A DNA stretch of 64,000 bases from an uncultured Gammaproteobacteria bacterium (GTDB lineage: Bacteria; Pseudomonadota; Gammaproteobacteria; Arenicellales; Arenicellaceae), in assembly GCA_964455815.1 (NCBI GenBank), contig CAYVYS010000007.1, forward strand, positions 2,887 to 66,886, written 5' to 3'. Positions within the stretch are counted from its first letter, which is position 1; each line of letters starts with the position of its first letter. Positions 27,240 to 36,457 of this stretch are shown in pieces. A program made the position numbers and the translations under genes. The notes under the pieces were generated by a model, which worked only from the letters and a program-made list of their open reading frames with translations, was not told the DNA's origin and did not search any database.

Positions 27240-28898
27240 ATGTATAAATATGACGCAATTGACAAAACCATTATCAATGAGCGAGTTGCACAGTTTCGCG
27301 ATCAAGTAGCGCGTCACTTGGCCGGTGAGCTCAGCGCCGCCGATTTGCAACACTTGCGATTACGCAATGGCCTTTACATGCAGATCCACGCGCACATGCT
27401 GCGCGTATCTATCCCCTACGGCATGATTAATAGTGAGCAGATGCGCACGCTAGCGCATATTGCGCGCAAATACGACAAGGGTTATGGCCACTTCACAACG
27501 CGGCAAAACATTCAGTACAACTGGCCCGAATTAAAAGACGTACCCGATATTTTGCAAGACCTGGCTGAGGTCGAAATGCACGCCATGCAAACCAGTGGCA
27601 ATTGCATTCGAAATATTTCTTCTGATCAATACGCTGGTGTGGCGCGCGATGAACTTATTGATCCTCGCCCTTATTGCGAGATCATTCGCCAGTGGTCTAC
27701 TTTACACCCCGAGTTTTACTGGCTGCCGCGTAAATTCAAAATCGCCGTTACGGGTGCAACTCATGATCGAGCCGCAGTTCAGTTCCACGACATTGGTCTT
27801 GAAGTCGTTAAAAATGATTCGGCAGAAATCGGCTTTCGCGTTTACGCTGGTGGTGGCATGGGTCGCACGCCAGTGATTGGTAAAGTAGTGCGAGAATTTT
27901 TGCCACGTGAAGACATTCTCTCTTATTGCGAAGCGATTTTACGGGTCTACAACTTACATGGTCGCCGCGACAATAAGTACAAAGCTCGCATCAAAATTTT
28001 AGTTAATGCACTTGGCATTGAAGACTTCACCGAACAAGTTGAAGCTGAATGGGCTCATATCAAAGAAAGTCAGTTGAAGTTACACGAAGTGGATTTCGAT
28101 GCTATGGATGCGTTCTTTCCTGCACCGGCTTATGAAGACTTAGCGCGTGGAGATGAGCGAGTTAAAAAATGGCGCGACTTAGATACCCGCTTTAAAGCCT
28201 GGTATGACAATAACACCGTCGAACATAAACAAGATGGCTACCGCATCGTCAATATTTCACTCAAAGAACATGGTGTTGCGCCAGGTGATATTACCGACGA
28301 GCAAATGGATGCTTTCGCCGACATCGCCGAGCAATATTCCTTCGGCGAAATTCGCTCTACCCACGAACAAAACTTAGTGTTGGCCGATGTGCGTGAGCAA
28401 GACTTACTGGCGCTTTGGAAAGCGCTAGATGAACACCGCTTAGCAACTCCCAATATCGGGTCGGTCAATGACATGATTTGCTGCCCTGGGCTGGATTTTT
28501 GTTCTTTGGCAAACGCCAGCTCAATCTCCATCGCCAAGCAAATTAACGAACGCTTTAATGATGAGCAAGAGCTCGATGAGATTGGTGAAGTGAAGTTAAA
28601 AATGTCTGGCTGCATGAATGCTTGTGGCCATCACCATGTTGGCCATATCGGCATTTTGGGCGTCGATAAAAAAGGCGAAGAATGGTATCAGTTAACCGTT
28701 GGGGGCGATGCCACCAATACCGCTGAATTAGGCACGCGGCTTGGCCCGGCTATCGCTAAAGATAAAGTCAGCGATGCGATTGGCGATATTCTAGATGTCT
28801 ATCGCGACCAGCGCAGCAGCGATGAAAGACTGCTCGATACCTTTCGGCGTATTGGCATTGAACCTTTTAAAGAACGTGTTTACGCGGAGCAAGCCTAA
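27240..28898 (+). CDS. cysI: Sulfite/nitrite reductase hemoprotein (Pseudomonas-type, ferredoxin-dependent CysI)
   Basis: RLRNGLY, HFTTRQNIQ, TSGNCIRN, LPRKFKIA; siroheme/4Fe-4S ligands CPGLDFCSLA and SGCMNACG. Confidence 0.9.
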   Translation: MYKYDAIDKTIINERVAQFRDQVARHLAGELSAADLQHLRLRNGLYMQIHAHMLRVSIPYGMINSEQMRTLAHIARKYDKGYGHFTTRQNIQYNWPELKDVPDILQDLAEVEMHAMQTSGNCIRNISSDQYAGVARDELIDPRPYCEIIRQWSTLHPEFYWLPRKFKIAVTGATHDRAAVQFHDIGLEVVKNDSAEIGFRVYAGGGMGRTPVIGKVVREFLPREDILSYCEAILRVYNLHGRRDNKYKARIKILVNALGIEDFTEQVEAEWAHIKESQLKLHEVDFDAMDAFFPAPAYEDLARGDERVKKWRDLDTRFKAWYDNNTVEHKQDGYRIVNISLKEHGVAPGDITDEQMDAFADIAEQYSFGEIRSTHEQNLVLADVREQDLLALWKALDEHRLATPNIGSVNDMICCPGLDFCSLANASSISIAKQINERFNDEQELDEIGEVKLKMSGCMNACGHHHVGHIGILGVDKKGEEWYQLTVGGDATNTAELGTRLGPAIAKDKVSDAIGDILDVYRDQRSSDERLLDTFRRIGIEPFKERVYAEQA

Positions 28899-29485
28899 TG
28901 ACCAGCACCGTTGCCAATCGCGCTATTAAGGCCCGAGCTAAAGCCTCGCCTGATCGAATTCAAGAAGACATAGTTAATCGTCAGGCCATTGTTGATCAGC
29001 AAGTGGTTGAAAACCAGCTTCACCATCTGGCCGAACACGAAGATTTATCGCTCGATGGTTTGCCAGCTGGTGACATTAGCGTGCCGATGGAGTTCTATTT
29101 AGAACATCGTGATGCGCTATCTAAACGAGAAGAGCTGGTTGCGGTGCAAGTCGCCGCTGACCAGGACCCATCCGAATTACTCGACTTTGTTAAGAGCATA
29201 CCGATGATTGTGCTGCCCATGGTGGCGCAGATCGATGGGCGATCTTATTCCATCGCGTATTTATTAAGAACGCGCTATGGGTTCAAAGGCCAGTTGCGTG
29301 CTATTGGCTATGTGCGCTTGGATCAACTTGGGTTTTTGAATCGCGTTGGTTGTGATGCCTTTGAATTACACGAGGGCGATGACTACCAGACTGCTTTGCG
29401 CGCTTTTAAGGAGTTCAGCGAGGTTTATCAACCCTCAGCCGATGACGGCAATTTGATTTTTGCTCGCCGCCGCGCGCTGCACTAA
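28898..29485 (+). CDS. DUF934 family protein (CysI partner)
   Basis: DGRSYSIAYLLRTRYGFKGQLRAIG..DQLGFLNRVGCDAF; overlaps the cysI stop. Confidence 0.88.
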   Translation: MTSTVANRAIKARAKASPDRIQEDIVNRQAIVDQQVVENQLHHLAEHEDLSLDGLPAGDISVPMEFYLEHRDALSKREELVAVQVAADQDPSELLDFVKSIPMIVLPMVAQIDGRSYSIAYLLRTRYGFKGQLRAIGYVRLDQLGFLNRVGCDAFELHEGDDYQTALRAFKEFSEVYQPSADDGNLIFARRRALH

Positions 29486-29503
29486 ACCTGTTAAGGCTTT
29501 GCT

Positions 29504-29803
29504 ATGCATATTACCTTTGTAAAAAAAATTCTCGAAGATGGCAGCCTGTGCAAGAAATGCCAGGAGGTCAGTGAACGCATGCAACAAGATGGCGTCACTG
29601 ATCTCGTCAATGAGGTGTTGATCGCCGACACCCGAGATGCCAGTTCAGTTGGTATGCAATTAGCCGCCGCACATCAAGTCGAACGCGCACCGTTTTTTAT
29701 CGTTGAAAAAGATGGCAAAACTCAGGTGTTCGACGTGTACTTCAAGCTACGCAAATTCCTAACGGATCAAGACCTGCTGGCTGTCAGATCACAAGCTCTG
29801 TAA
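29504..29803 (+). CDS. Small thioredoxin-like protein (CxxC)
   Basis: ITFVKK..DGSLCKKC and VERAPFFIVE; usually found with sulfate-assimilation genes. Confidence 0.72.
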   Translation: MHITFVKKILEDGSLCKKCQEVSERMQQDGVTDLVNEVLIADTRDASSVGMQLAAAHQVERAPFFIVEKDGKTQVFDVYFKLRKFLTDQDLLAVRSQAL

Positions 29804-29905
29804 ATGGGCTCTGCTTTATTGCTCAAGATCGCGATTGTGGTGTTTGTATTCGCCCTACCAGCCTTGCTGGTCTGGATCGTGATCAAGAACAATAAGGACA
29901 ACTAG
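29804..29905 (+). CDS. Unannotated 33-aa single-pass membrane peptide
   Basis: TAAATG coupling to the upstream stop; translates to MGSALLLKIAIVVFVFALPALLVWIVIKNNKDN. Too short for the supplied ORF track. Confidence 0.55.
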   Translation: MGSALLLKIAIVVFVFALPALLVWIVIKNNKDN

Positions 29906-29927
29906 CTGTCGTTTATCTAAACACTAT

Positions 29928-30686
29928 CTAGATCTTGCCTTTATGCACCGCGAGGCCGGCTGATGCCTGACAGGTTGGCATGACTTCTAAGCGATTGACA
30001 TTCATGTATTCAGGCTGCTCGATAACCCAGCGAATACTGCGCGCGATATCGTCGGCTTGCAAAGGCTCGCAACCTTCATAGACGTTAGCTGCGGAGTCTG
30101 TATCGCCGTGATAACGAACCTGGCTGAATTCTGTGCCACCAACTAGGCCTGGGATAATATTACTAACACGCACGCGCGTGCCTAAAAGGTCAGAGCGTAA
30201 ACTCATAGTAAAGTGATCAACAAAGGCTTTAGTCGCACCGTAAACGTTGCCGCCTTTATAAGCATGCAGGCCAGCCGTTGAACCAACATTAATAATTTGA
30301 CCAGCATTGCGCTCGATCATTTGGGGTAACACTAACTGCGTCATAGAAGCGAGCCCCGCACAATTGGTACTAATCATGGTTTGCCAGTCTTGCCAATCAC
30401 TGTCTTGGGCGGGCGCAACACCAAGCGCTAAGCCAGCGTTATTAATCAGCACATCGATGTTTTTAAAATCATCAGGCAAGTTACTAAGTGCGGCATGTAG
30501 CGCATCTCGATCATTCACGTCTGCAATAATAAGATGCGGGGTTTGTTGTAACTCTGATTGCAAGGCAGCGAGTTTTTCTTGGCGGCGCGCCAGCAAAATC
30601 AATCGATATCCAAGAGCATCGAGCTCTAGTGCTGTGGCTCGACCAAATCCAGAAGAAGCGCCGGTAATTAAAACTATCTTGTTCAT
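29928..30686 (-). CDS. SDR family NADP-dependent oxidoreductase (YdfG-like)
   Basis: TGASSGFG, NNAGLALG, YGATK, PGLVGGTEFSQVRY, NVNRLEVMPTCQ. Confidence 0.88.
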   Translation of the reverse strand: MNKIVLITGASSGFGRATALELDALGYRLILLARRQEKLAALQSELQQTPHLIIADVNDRDALHAALSNLPDDFKNIDVLINNAGLALGVAPAQDSDWQDWQTMISTNCAGLASMTQLVLPQMIERNAGQIINVGSTAGLHAYKGGNVYGATKAFVDHFTMSLRSDLLGTRVRVSNIIPGLVGGTEFSQVRYHGDTDSAANVYEGCEPLQADDIARSIRWVIEQPEYMNVNRLEVMPTCQASAGLAVHKGKI

Positions 30687-30689
30687 ATT

Positions 30690-33299
30690 CTAGGGTTCTT
30701 CAGCTAGTGCTTTGCCAACAATTTCTTTTACATCACGCGCTAAATCTTCCTGCTGTGCAATGCGCTCTAATTCGGTTTTCATTAAAACCGAATTTGGCTC
30801 CACAAGACTGCGCCAATTATTAAAGACACTGACGAGTCGGGCTGCAATTTGTGGGTTTATTGTATTCAAGCTGATTACTTTGTCGGCTACGAATTGATAG
30901 CCGAAACCATCGGACTGATGAAAACCTAAAAAGTTAGCGCTAAAGGCGCCGATAAGTGCGCGTACTTTATTGGGGTTATTGATTGAGAAGGCCAGGTGGT
31001 CACAAAGTTCAATAACTTGATTAAGCACATCTTCGCGGTGCGAGAGCGCCTGCAAGGAGAACCATTTATCGAGTACCAAAGTTTCGTTTTGCCAGTTTTG
31101 ATAAAAGTCTTCTAGTAATACGTCACGCTCTTGATATTCAGAGTTCAATAAAGCATCAAACGCAGACAAACGATCTGTCATATTGCTGGCGACATGATAC
31201 TGATGGCTGGCGAGCGCATGATACGCCGCCTGTTCGGTGGCAACTAGGTACGCTAGCGCGGTATTTTTAAGTGCTCGTTCCGCGCTGGCCTCGCCAGTAA
31301 GTTCAAAACCATGGCGATGATTGTTGTTTGCATAGACGGCGTGAAACTGCGATTCGAGATCGCGCGCTAATTGCCGCTTCAGGTTCTCGCGCTGGCTGGC
31401 GATAGCCAGCGGGTCAATCTGTTCACAGAGCTCGGCGATATAAGCATTGGAAGGCAGCTTAAGCATTTCGGCAAAAACGGCTTTGTCGCTTGGTGGCGTT
31501 AACATGAGTGCTTGCAAGGCCGACAGTACTGATTGGTAGCTTTGCGGCTCTAACTCTTGAGTTTTAATTGCTGGCAACAAAACGCGTAAGTAGAGTTCTT
31601 GCATGGCTTCCCAACGGGCAAAGCCATTGTCATCATGGACTACCAATAACGCCAGCTCTTGATTATCACGATTAAAGTGGCATTTAACCGGCGCAGAAAA
31701 ATCACGCAATACCGAAACCAGCGGTGCTGCATCGAGGCCGGTGAACTCAAATTCATTTTGCGCCTTATCGACTACCAGCACTTGCTCTTTGAGCTTGTTG
31801 CCTTGCTGATCAAATAATGCGATGGCCACTGGAATATAAAAAGGCAGTTTGGAATCAATTTGCTGACCCGGAGTGGCTGGGCAATGTTGTGTGATAGTGA
31901 GCTTTAAACAAGCAGATTCGAATGCTCTTTCAATCGTTAATTCTGGTGTGCCTGATTGGGTATACCACCGGCGAAACTGTTGTAGATCTATCTGATTAGC
32001 CGCTTCCATGCTTTGCACAAAATCTTCAGTGGTCACTGCTTGGCCATCAAAACGGCTAAAGTATAAATCGGTGCCTTTACGAAAACCGCTGTCGCCCAAT
32101 AAGCGGTGCATCATACGAATAACCTCAGCGCCTTTGTCGTAGATAGTCGCGGTATAGAAATTATTAATCTCCTGATACGAGTCTGGCCTTACTGGATGCG
32201 CCATTGGGCCAGCGTCTTCTTTGAATTGATACGCTCTTAGTATTTGCACGTCTTTGATTCTTTTAACCGCTAATGAGCCCATATCGGCGCTGAACTGCTG
32301 GTCTCGAAATACTGTAAACCCCTCCTTTAGACTCAGTTGAAACCAATCTCGGCAGGTGACTCGATTGCCTGACCAATTGTGAAAATATTCGTGACCAATC
32401 ACGCTCTCTATACCTTCAAAATCCATATCTGTCGCAGTGTGCTGGCTGGCTAAAACATACTTGGAGTTAAAGATGTTCAGGCCTTTGTTCTCCATCGCGC
32501 CCATATTGAAATCATCGACCGCGACGATGTTATAAACCGCTAAATCGTATTCGCAACCATAGCTTTGCTCATCCCAGCGCATGGCATGTTTTAAACTGTC
32601 CATGGCGTGTTGGCACTTGTCGATATTGTGCGCCTGGGTATAGATGTTCAACTCTACTTGCTGGCCTGACTGCGTGATGAACTGATCTGAAATAGACTTT
32701 AAATCGCCAGCGACCAGCGCAAACAAATAGCTTGGTTTGGGATGTGGATCATGCCATTTGGCCCAATGGCGGCCATCATCATGTTGACCTTGCGAATCCA
32801 GATTGCCGTTGGCCAGTAACACTGGGTAGCGCTCTTTGTCGGCATGTAAAGTAACGGTGTAGACGCTTAATACATCAGGCCGATCCAAAAAATAAGTAAT
32901 ACGCCGAAAGCCTTCGGCCTCACACTGGGTACAGTAATTGCCGCTGGATTGATACAAACCAGATAGCGCAGTATTGGCTGCGGGTTGAATCTTTGTTTCG
33001 ATGCTAAGTTGCGCTTTATTACCCGGGATGACCAGGCTGAGTTTGGTTTTGCTTAAGTCAAAGTCGGTTGGTTTACCATCAATTAAAACACTAAGAAGTT
33101 CGAGTTGCTCGCCATCTAAAACCAATGGTTTGTCGTGTTCGCCCTGTCGTTCTATTTGCATGGTCGATACGACTCGGGTATCTGGCTCATCCAGATAAAA
33201 TTCAAGATCGAGTTCGCGTATCGCAAAATCAGGCGCCTGATAGTCTTTAAGGTAGACCGTTGGCTGACTAATTGGCGGAGATAAGTCGTTCTCTAACAT
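30690..33299 (-). CDS. pepN: Aminopeptidase N (M1)
   Basis: YLKDYQAP, TQCEAEGFRRIT, GAMENKGLN, HEYFH..W..LKEG, NPNKVRAL. Start uncertain (33338 or 33299). Confidence 0.97.
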   Translation of the reverse strand: MLENDLSPPISQPTVYLKDYQAPDFAIRELDLEFYLDEPDTRVVSTMQIERQGEHDKPLVLDGEQLELLSVLIDGKPTDFDLSKTKLSLVIPGNKAQLSIETKIQPAANTALSGLYQSSGNYCTQCEAEGFRRITYFLDRPDVLSVYTVTLHADKERYPVLLANGNLDSQGQHDDGRHWAKWHDPHPKPSYLFALVAGDLKSISDQFITQSGQQVELNIYTQAHNIDKCQHAMDSLKHAMRWDEQSYGCEYDLAVYNIVAVDDFNMGAMENKGLNIFNSKYVLASQHTATDMDFEGIESVIGHEYFHNWSGNRVTCRDWFQLSLKEGFTVFRDQQFSADMGSLAVKRIKDVQILRAYQFKEDAGPMAHPVRPDSYQEINNFYTATIYDKGAEVIRMMHRLLGDSGFRKGTDLYFSRFDGQAVTTEDFVQSMEAANQIDLQQFRRWYTQSGTPELTIERAFESACLKLTITQHCPATPGQQIDSKLPFYIPVAIALFDQQGNKLKEQVLVVDKAQNEFEFTGLDAAPLVSVLRDFSAPVKCHFNRDNQELALLVVHDDNGFARWEAMQELYLRVLLPAIKTQELEPQSYQSVLSALQALMLTPPSDKAVFAEMLKLPSNAYIAELCEQIDPLAIASQRENLKRQLARDLESQFHAVYANNNHRHGFELTGEASAERALKNTALAYLVATEQAAYHALASHQYHVASNMTDRLSAFDALLNSEYQERDVLLEDFYQNWQNETLVLDKWFSLQALSHREDVLNQVIELCDHLAFSINNPNKVRALIGAFSANFLGFHQSDGFGYQFVADKVISLNTINPQIAARLVSVFNNWRSLVEPNSVLMKTELERIAQQEDLARDVKEIVGKALAEEP

Positions 33300-33319
33300 G
33301 GCGTGTATCTCAAGACTTC

Positions 33320-34165
33320 TTACATTAATTGGTGCCAAACTGGCGTTACATTGTCGGGCAATGCCGGAGCGCCACCAAGCCTTGCCCAGGGCTGATCATA
33401 CGAATGAAAGTCTGAACCGCGCGAGGCCAATAAATCGTGTTCTACACAAAGCTGCCCGAGCATAGTCATTTGTTGGGCATCAGTGATTGGGGTTGCTACT
33501 TCCATTGCGCCAACGCCACAGGCTTTCATGTCGTTAATCAATTTAATCAATTTACTGCGAGTAAAGTTATACCGCATCGGGTGTGCTAATACTGCGATGC
33601 CACCAGCTGCATGAATCCAACCAGCGGCTTGATCTAGGCTTGGCCATTCAATGGGAACAAAGCCCGGCTTGCCGTTGACTAAAAAACGGCGAAAGGCCTG
33701 CTTTTTATTTTTGGCATAACCAGCCTCGACCAAAGCTTGCGCGAAGTGTGGTCTGGTCGGCACGCTGTCTTCATTTAACATTTGGCTAACGCGATCTTGA
33801 ATATCGATATCGTGCTTCAGTAGATCGGCATGGATAGCCTCAGCGCGTTGCCAGCGGCGTGCTTTGTTAGCCTCTATACCTTCAATTAGCTTAGCGTTAT
33901 TCGGGTCGACGGCCAGACCAAGCAGGTGGATTAGCTGGAAGCGCCAATGGCAGGAAAACTCGATGCCATTGATCAGAGTAATTGCCAAGGTTGAAGCCAT
34001 TTTTTGAGCTTCGGCTAGACCACTGGTGCTGTCGTGGTCGGTTAACGCTAAGTGGCTGATGCCAAGCTCGTTGGCCTGCACCAACAACTCACTGGGGCTT
34101 AGTTGCCCATCAGAAAAATACGAGTGTGTGTGCAGATCGAAATTATTCAGCAACGGCGTCGACAT
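33320..34165 (-). CDS. PHP-domain phosphoesterase (YciV/TrpH, RNase AM-like)
   Basis: DLHTHSYFSDG, ALTDHD, GIEFS, HLLG, RPHFA, AHP, GSDFH. Confidence 0.88.
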   Translation of the reverse strand: MSTPLLNNFDLHTHSYFSDGQLSPSELLVQANELGISHLALTDHDSTSGLAEAQKMASTLAITLINGIEFSCHWRFQLIHLLGLAVDPNNAKLIEGIEANKARRWQRAEAIHADLLKHDIDIQDRVSQMLNEDSVPTRPHFAQALVEAGYAKNKKQAFRRFLVNGKPGFVPIEWPSLDQAAGWIHAAGGIAVLAHPMRYNFTRSKLIKLINDMKACGVGAMEVATPITDAQQMTMLGQLCVEHDLLASRGSDFHSYDQPWARLGGAPALPDNVTPVWHQLM

Positions 34166-34733
34166 AGGTCGCTAGATCCAGTGATGAAAAGTCCAAAGGA
34201 AAGCGCATCAATGGTTCGTAAGTCGCGCCATTACTGCTCAAGATACTTTCAAACAGCACGAGCTCATCGACATAAAATTCGACTTTATTCATTGGTGGGA
34301 TTTGCCCGGCAAATTGATTTTTACTATGGCGAAATCGACCTAGAGTGACATGCGGTTTGAATTTTCGTTTATCGGCCAACATATTCACACTGCGGACTGC
34401 CGACAGCACTCCTTGGTGTAGATCCAGTAATTGTTCAGAGCGCGTGAGCATGGCGGCCAGCAATTTTGGCTTTGATTCTGGGAAGGGGCTTAAATGACTG
34501 AGCTGCGCGATAAACTCATGCTGCTGAATATGATGATCTAATGCTTCGACCAAATTCTCTAAATCGGCCTCGCGCTGCTCACCTAAAAAAGCCAGAGTGA
34601 TATGGTAATTCTCTTGATCGACCCATTTCACGGCATTGCTTTTATCTTGATACGCCATCTTGGCGGCCAAATCGCCAAGTTGATTGGCGGCTTCCTTGGG
34701 AATTGGTAATGCAATAAAACTACGAACTGTCAT
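34143..34733 (-). CDS. thpR: RNA 2',3'-cyclic phosphodiesterase (2H family)
   Basis: RSFIAL, two HxT motifs (YHITLAFLG, KPHVTLGR), LFESIL...Y. Confidence 0.9.
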   Translation of the reverse strand: MTVRSFIALPIPKEAANQLGDLAAKMAYQDKSNAVKWVDQENYHITLAFLGEQREADLENLVEALDHHIQQHEFIAQLSHLSPFPESKPKLLAAMLTRSEQLLDLHQGVLSAVRSVNMLADKRKFKPHVTLGRFRHSKNQFAGQIPPMNKVEFYVDELVLFESILSSNGATYEPLMRFPLDFSSLDLATYVDAVAE

Positions 34734-34883
34734 AACACCCTCCCAAACAATGTGTGTTTTGCCGAGCAGCTGTGGGGCTCGATTCAGTTAGAGCATAACA
34801 AAGACGAGCTGGTCGCTGGGGATAAATTTCGTCAGATTTTGTGGTCTCGTGAAAAACTAGCTAGAATGGAGATCGGAGTTTGA

Positions 34884-35096
34884 ATGCAAATCACTAAAGA
34901 CGAGAAACAGCGATTGCTGCAAGCACTTGCGGAGCTCAAACAAGAGCACCGGGAGATGGATTTGGCCATTCAACAAATGGATGAACAACTCTCTCTAAAT
35001 CAGTTCGAAATCAAACGACTGAAAAAACACAAACTACAATTAAAAGACGATATCGCACGCCTGGAAAGCAAGTTGATACCCGATCTGCACGCCTAG
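34884..35096 (+). CDS. YdcH/DUF465 family coiled-coil protein
   Basis: EHREMD..I...IKRLKKHKLQLKDDI pattern. Confidence 0.8.
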   Translation: MQITKDEKQRLLQALAELKQEHREMDLAIQQMDEQLSLNQFEIKRLKKHKLQLKDDIARLESKLIPDLHA

Positions 35097-35122
35097 TTCG
35101 CACCTTCTTATTGGAGCACCTT

Positions 35123-36439
35123 ATGAATCGATTCCTGTGTCTTTGCACCCTTGTTTTACTCTGTCTTCCGGCTCACGCCAGTGATCTAAAAAATGCAGTT
35201 CAAGATGATTACGACCAACATTTAGACGCGCTGTACAAACATTTTCATGCCAACCCTGAGTTAAGTACGGTTGAAAACCAAACTGCGGCAAGAATGGCAG
35301 AAGAATTAAGCAATGCTGGCTTTGAGGTGACAACTGGTGTCGGCGGCACTGGTGTAGTCGCTATTTTGAAAAACGGTGATGGCCCCTTAGTGAGCATGCG
35401 CGCCGATATGGATGGCTTGCCGGTGGAAGAAAAATCCGGCTTGAGCTATGCCTCTAAGGCCAAGCAAGTTGACCCAATTACCGGCAATGAAGTGTTTGTT
35501 ATGCACGCCTGTGGTCACGATGTTCATATCACCAGCTTGGTTGGAACCGCGCGGCGTATGCAGGCGATCAAAGATCAATGGTCGGGTACCCTAATGCTTA
35601 TTGTTCAACCAGCGGAAGAACGTGTGTTGGGCGCCAAGGCCATGATGGAAGACGGGTTGTACGAGCGTTTTGGTACTCCTGATTTTGGCCTGGCCTTTCA
35701 TGTTAGTAGTGGTCTGGAAGCTGGCAAAATAGGTGTGACCGATGGCAGTCCCTATGCCGGCGCTGATACCGTTGACATTATCGTACATGGTGTTGGAGCT
35801 CACGGCGCCTCACCACATGCGGGGAGGGATCCAATCGTATTAGCCAGCCAGATTGTGCTGGCACTGCAAACCTTGGTCGCCCGAGAATTGCCTCCTCGCG
35901 ACCCGGGCGTGGTCACTGTGGGTTCATTTCATTCTGGAACTAAGCACAATATTATTTCTGATCGAGCGGTTTTACAGCTCACCGTTAGAAATACCAGCGT
36001 TGAAACTCGCGAACTACTATTGGACGGTATCAAACGGATTGCCGAAAACATGGGGCGCGTAGCTGGCTTGCCAGACGACAAGTTACCTGAAGTCATTGTC
36101 TCGAAAGAAAGTGTTCCACCAACCATTAATAATGCTGAACTGGCTCAGCGTTTGCGTGCGCTGTGGGTCGACCAAATGGGCGAGGGCATCTTAAGCAATC
36201 GACCGAACAAAGGCATGGGCGCTGAAGATTATCCGTTCTTTACCACTGAACCTTATATTCCCAGTGTTTATTTTGCCGTTGGCGGCACACCAGAAAAAGA
36301 CTTCAAAGCCGCTGCGAATGGTGGCCCGGCTATACCAAGCCACCACAGCCCACTATTTAAAGTGACGCCCGAGCCGGCAATTACCAGCGGTGTTCAAGCT
36401 ACTGTATTAGCTTTACTCGAGCTGATGCCGAAATCTTAA
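35123..36439 (+). CDS. Secreted M20 family amidohydrolase/peptidase
   Basis: Signal peptide; HANPELS, RADMDGLP, MHACGHD, QPAEE, HH metal ligands. Confidence 0.88.
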   Translation: MNRFLCLCTLVLLCLPAHASDLKNAVQDDYDQHLDALYKHFHANPELSTVENQTAARMAEELSNAGFEVTTGVGGTGVVAILKNGDGPLVSMRADMDGLPVEEKSGLSYASKAKQVDPITGNEVFVMHACGHDVHITSLVGTARRMQAIKDQWSGTLMLIVQPAEERVLGAKAMMEDGLYERFGTPDFGLAFHVSSGLEAGKIGVTDGSPYAGADTVDIIVHGVGAHGASPHAGRDPIVLASQIVLALQTLVARELPPRDPGVVTVGSFHSGTKHNIISDRAVLQLTVRNTSVETRELLLDGIKRIAENMGRVAGLPDDKLPEVIVSKESVPPTINNAELAQRLRALWVDQMGEGILSNRPNKGMGAEDYPFFTTEPYIPSVYFAVGGTPEKDFKAAANGGPAIPSHHSPLFKVTPEPAITSGVQATVLALLELMPKS

Positions 36440-36457
36440 AGTCTCTTTAATTTACCG

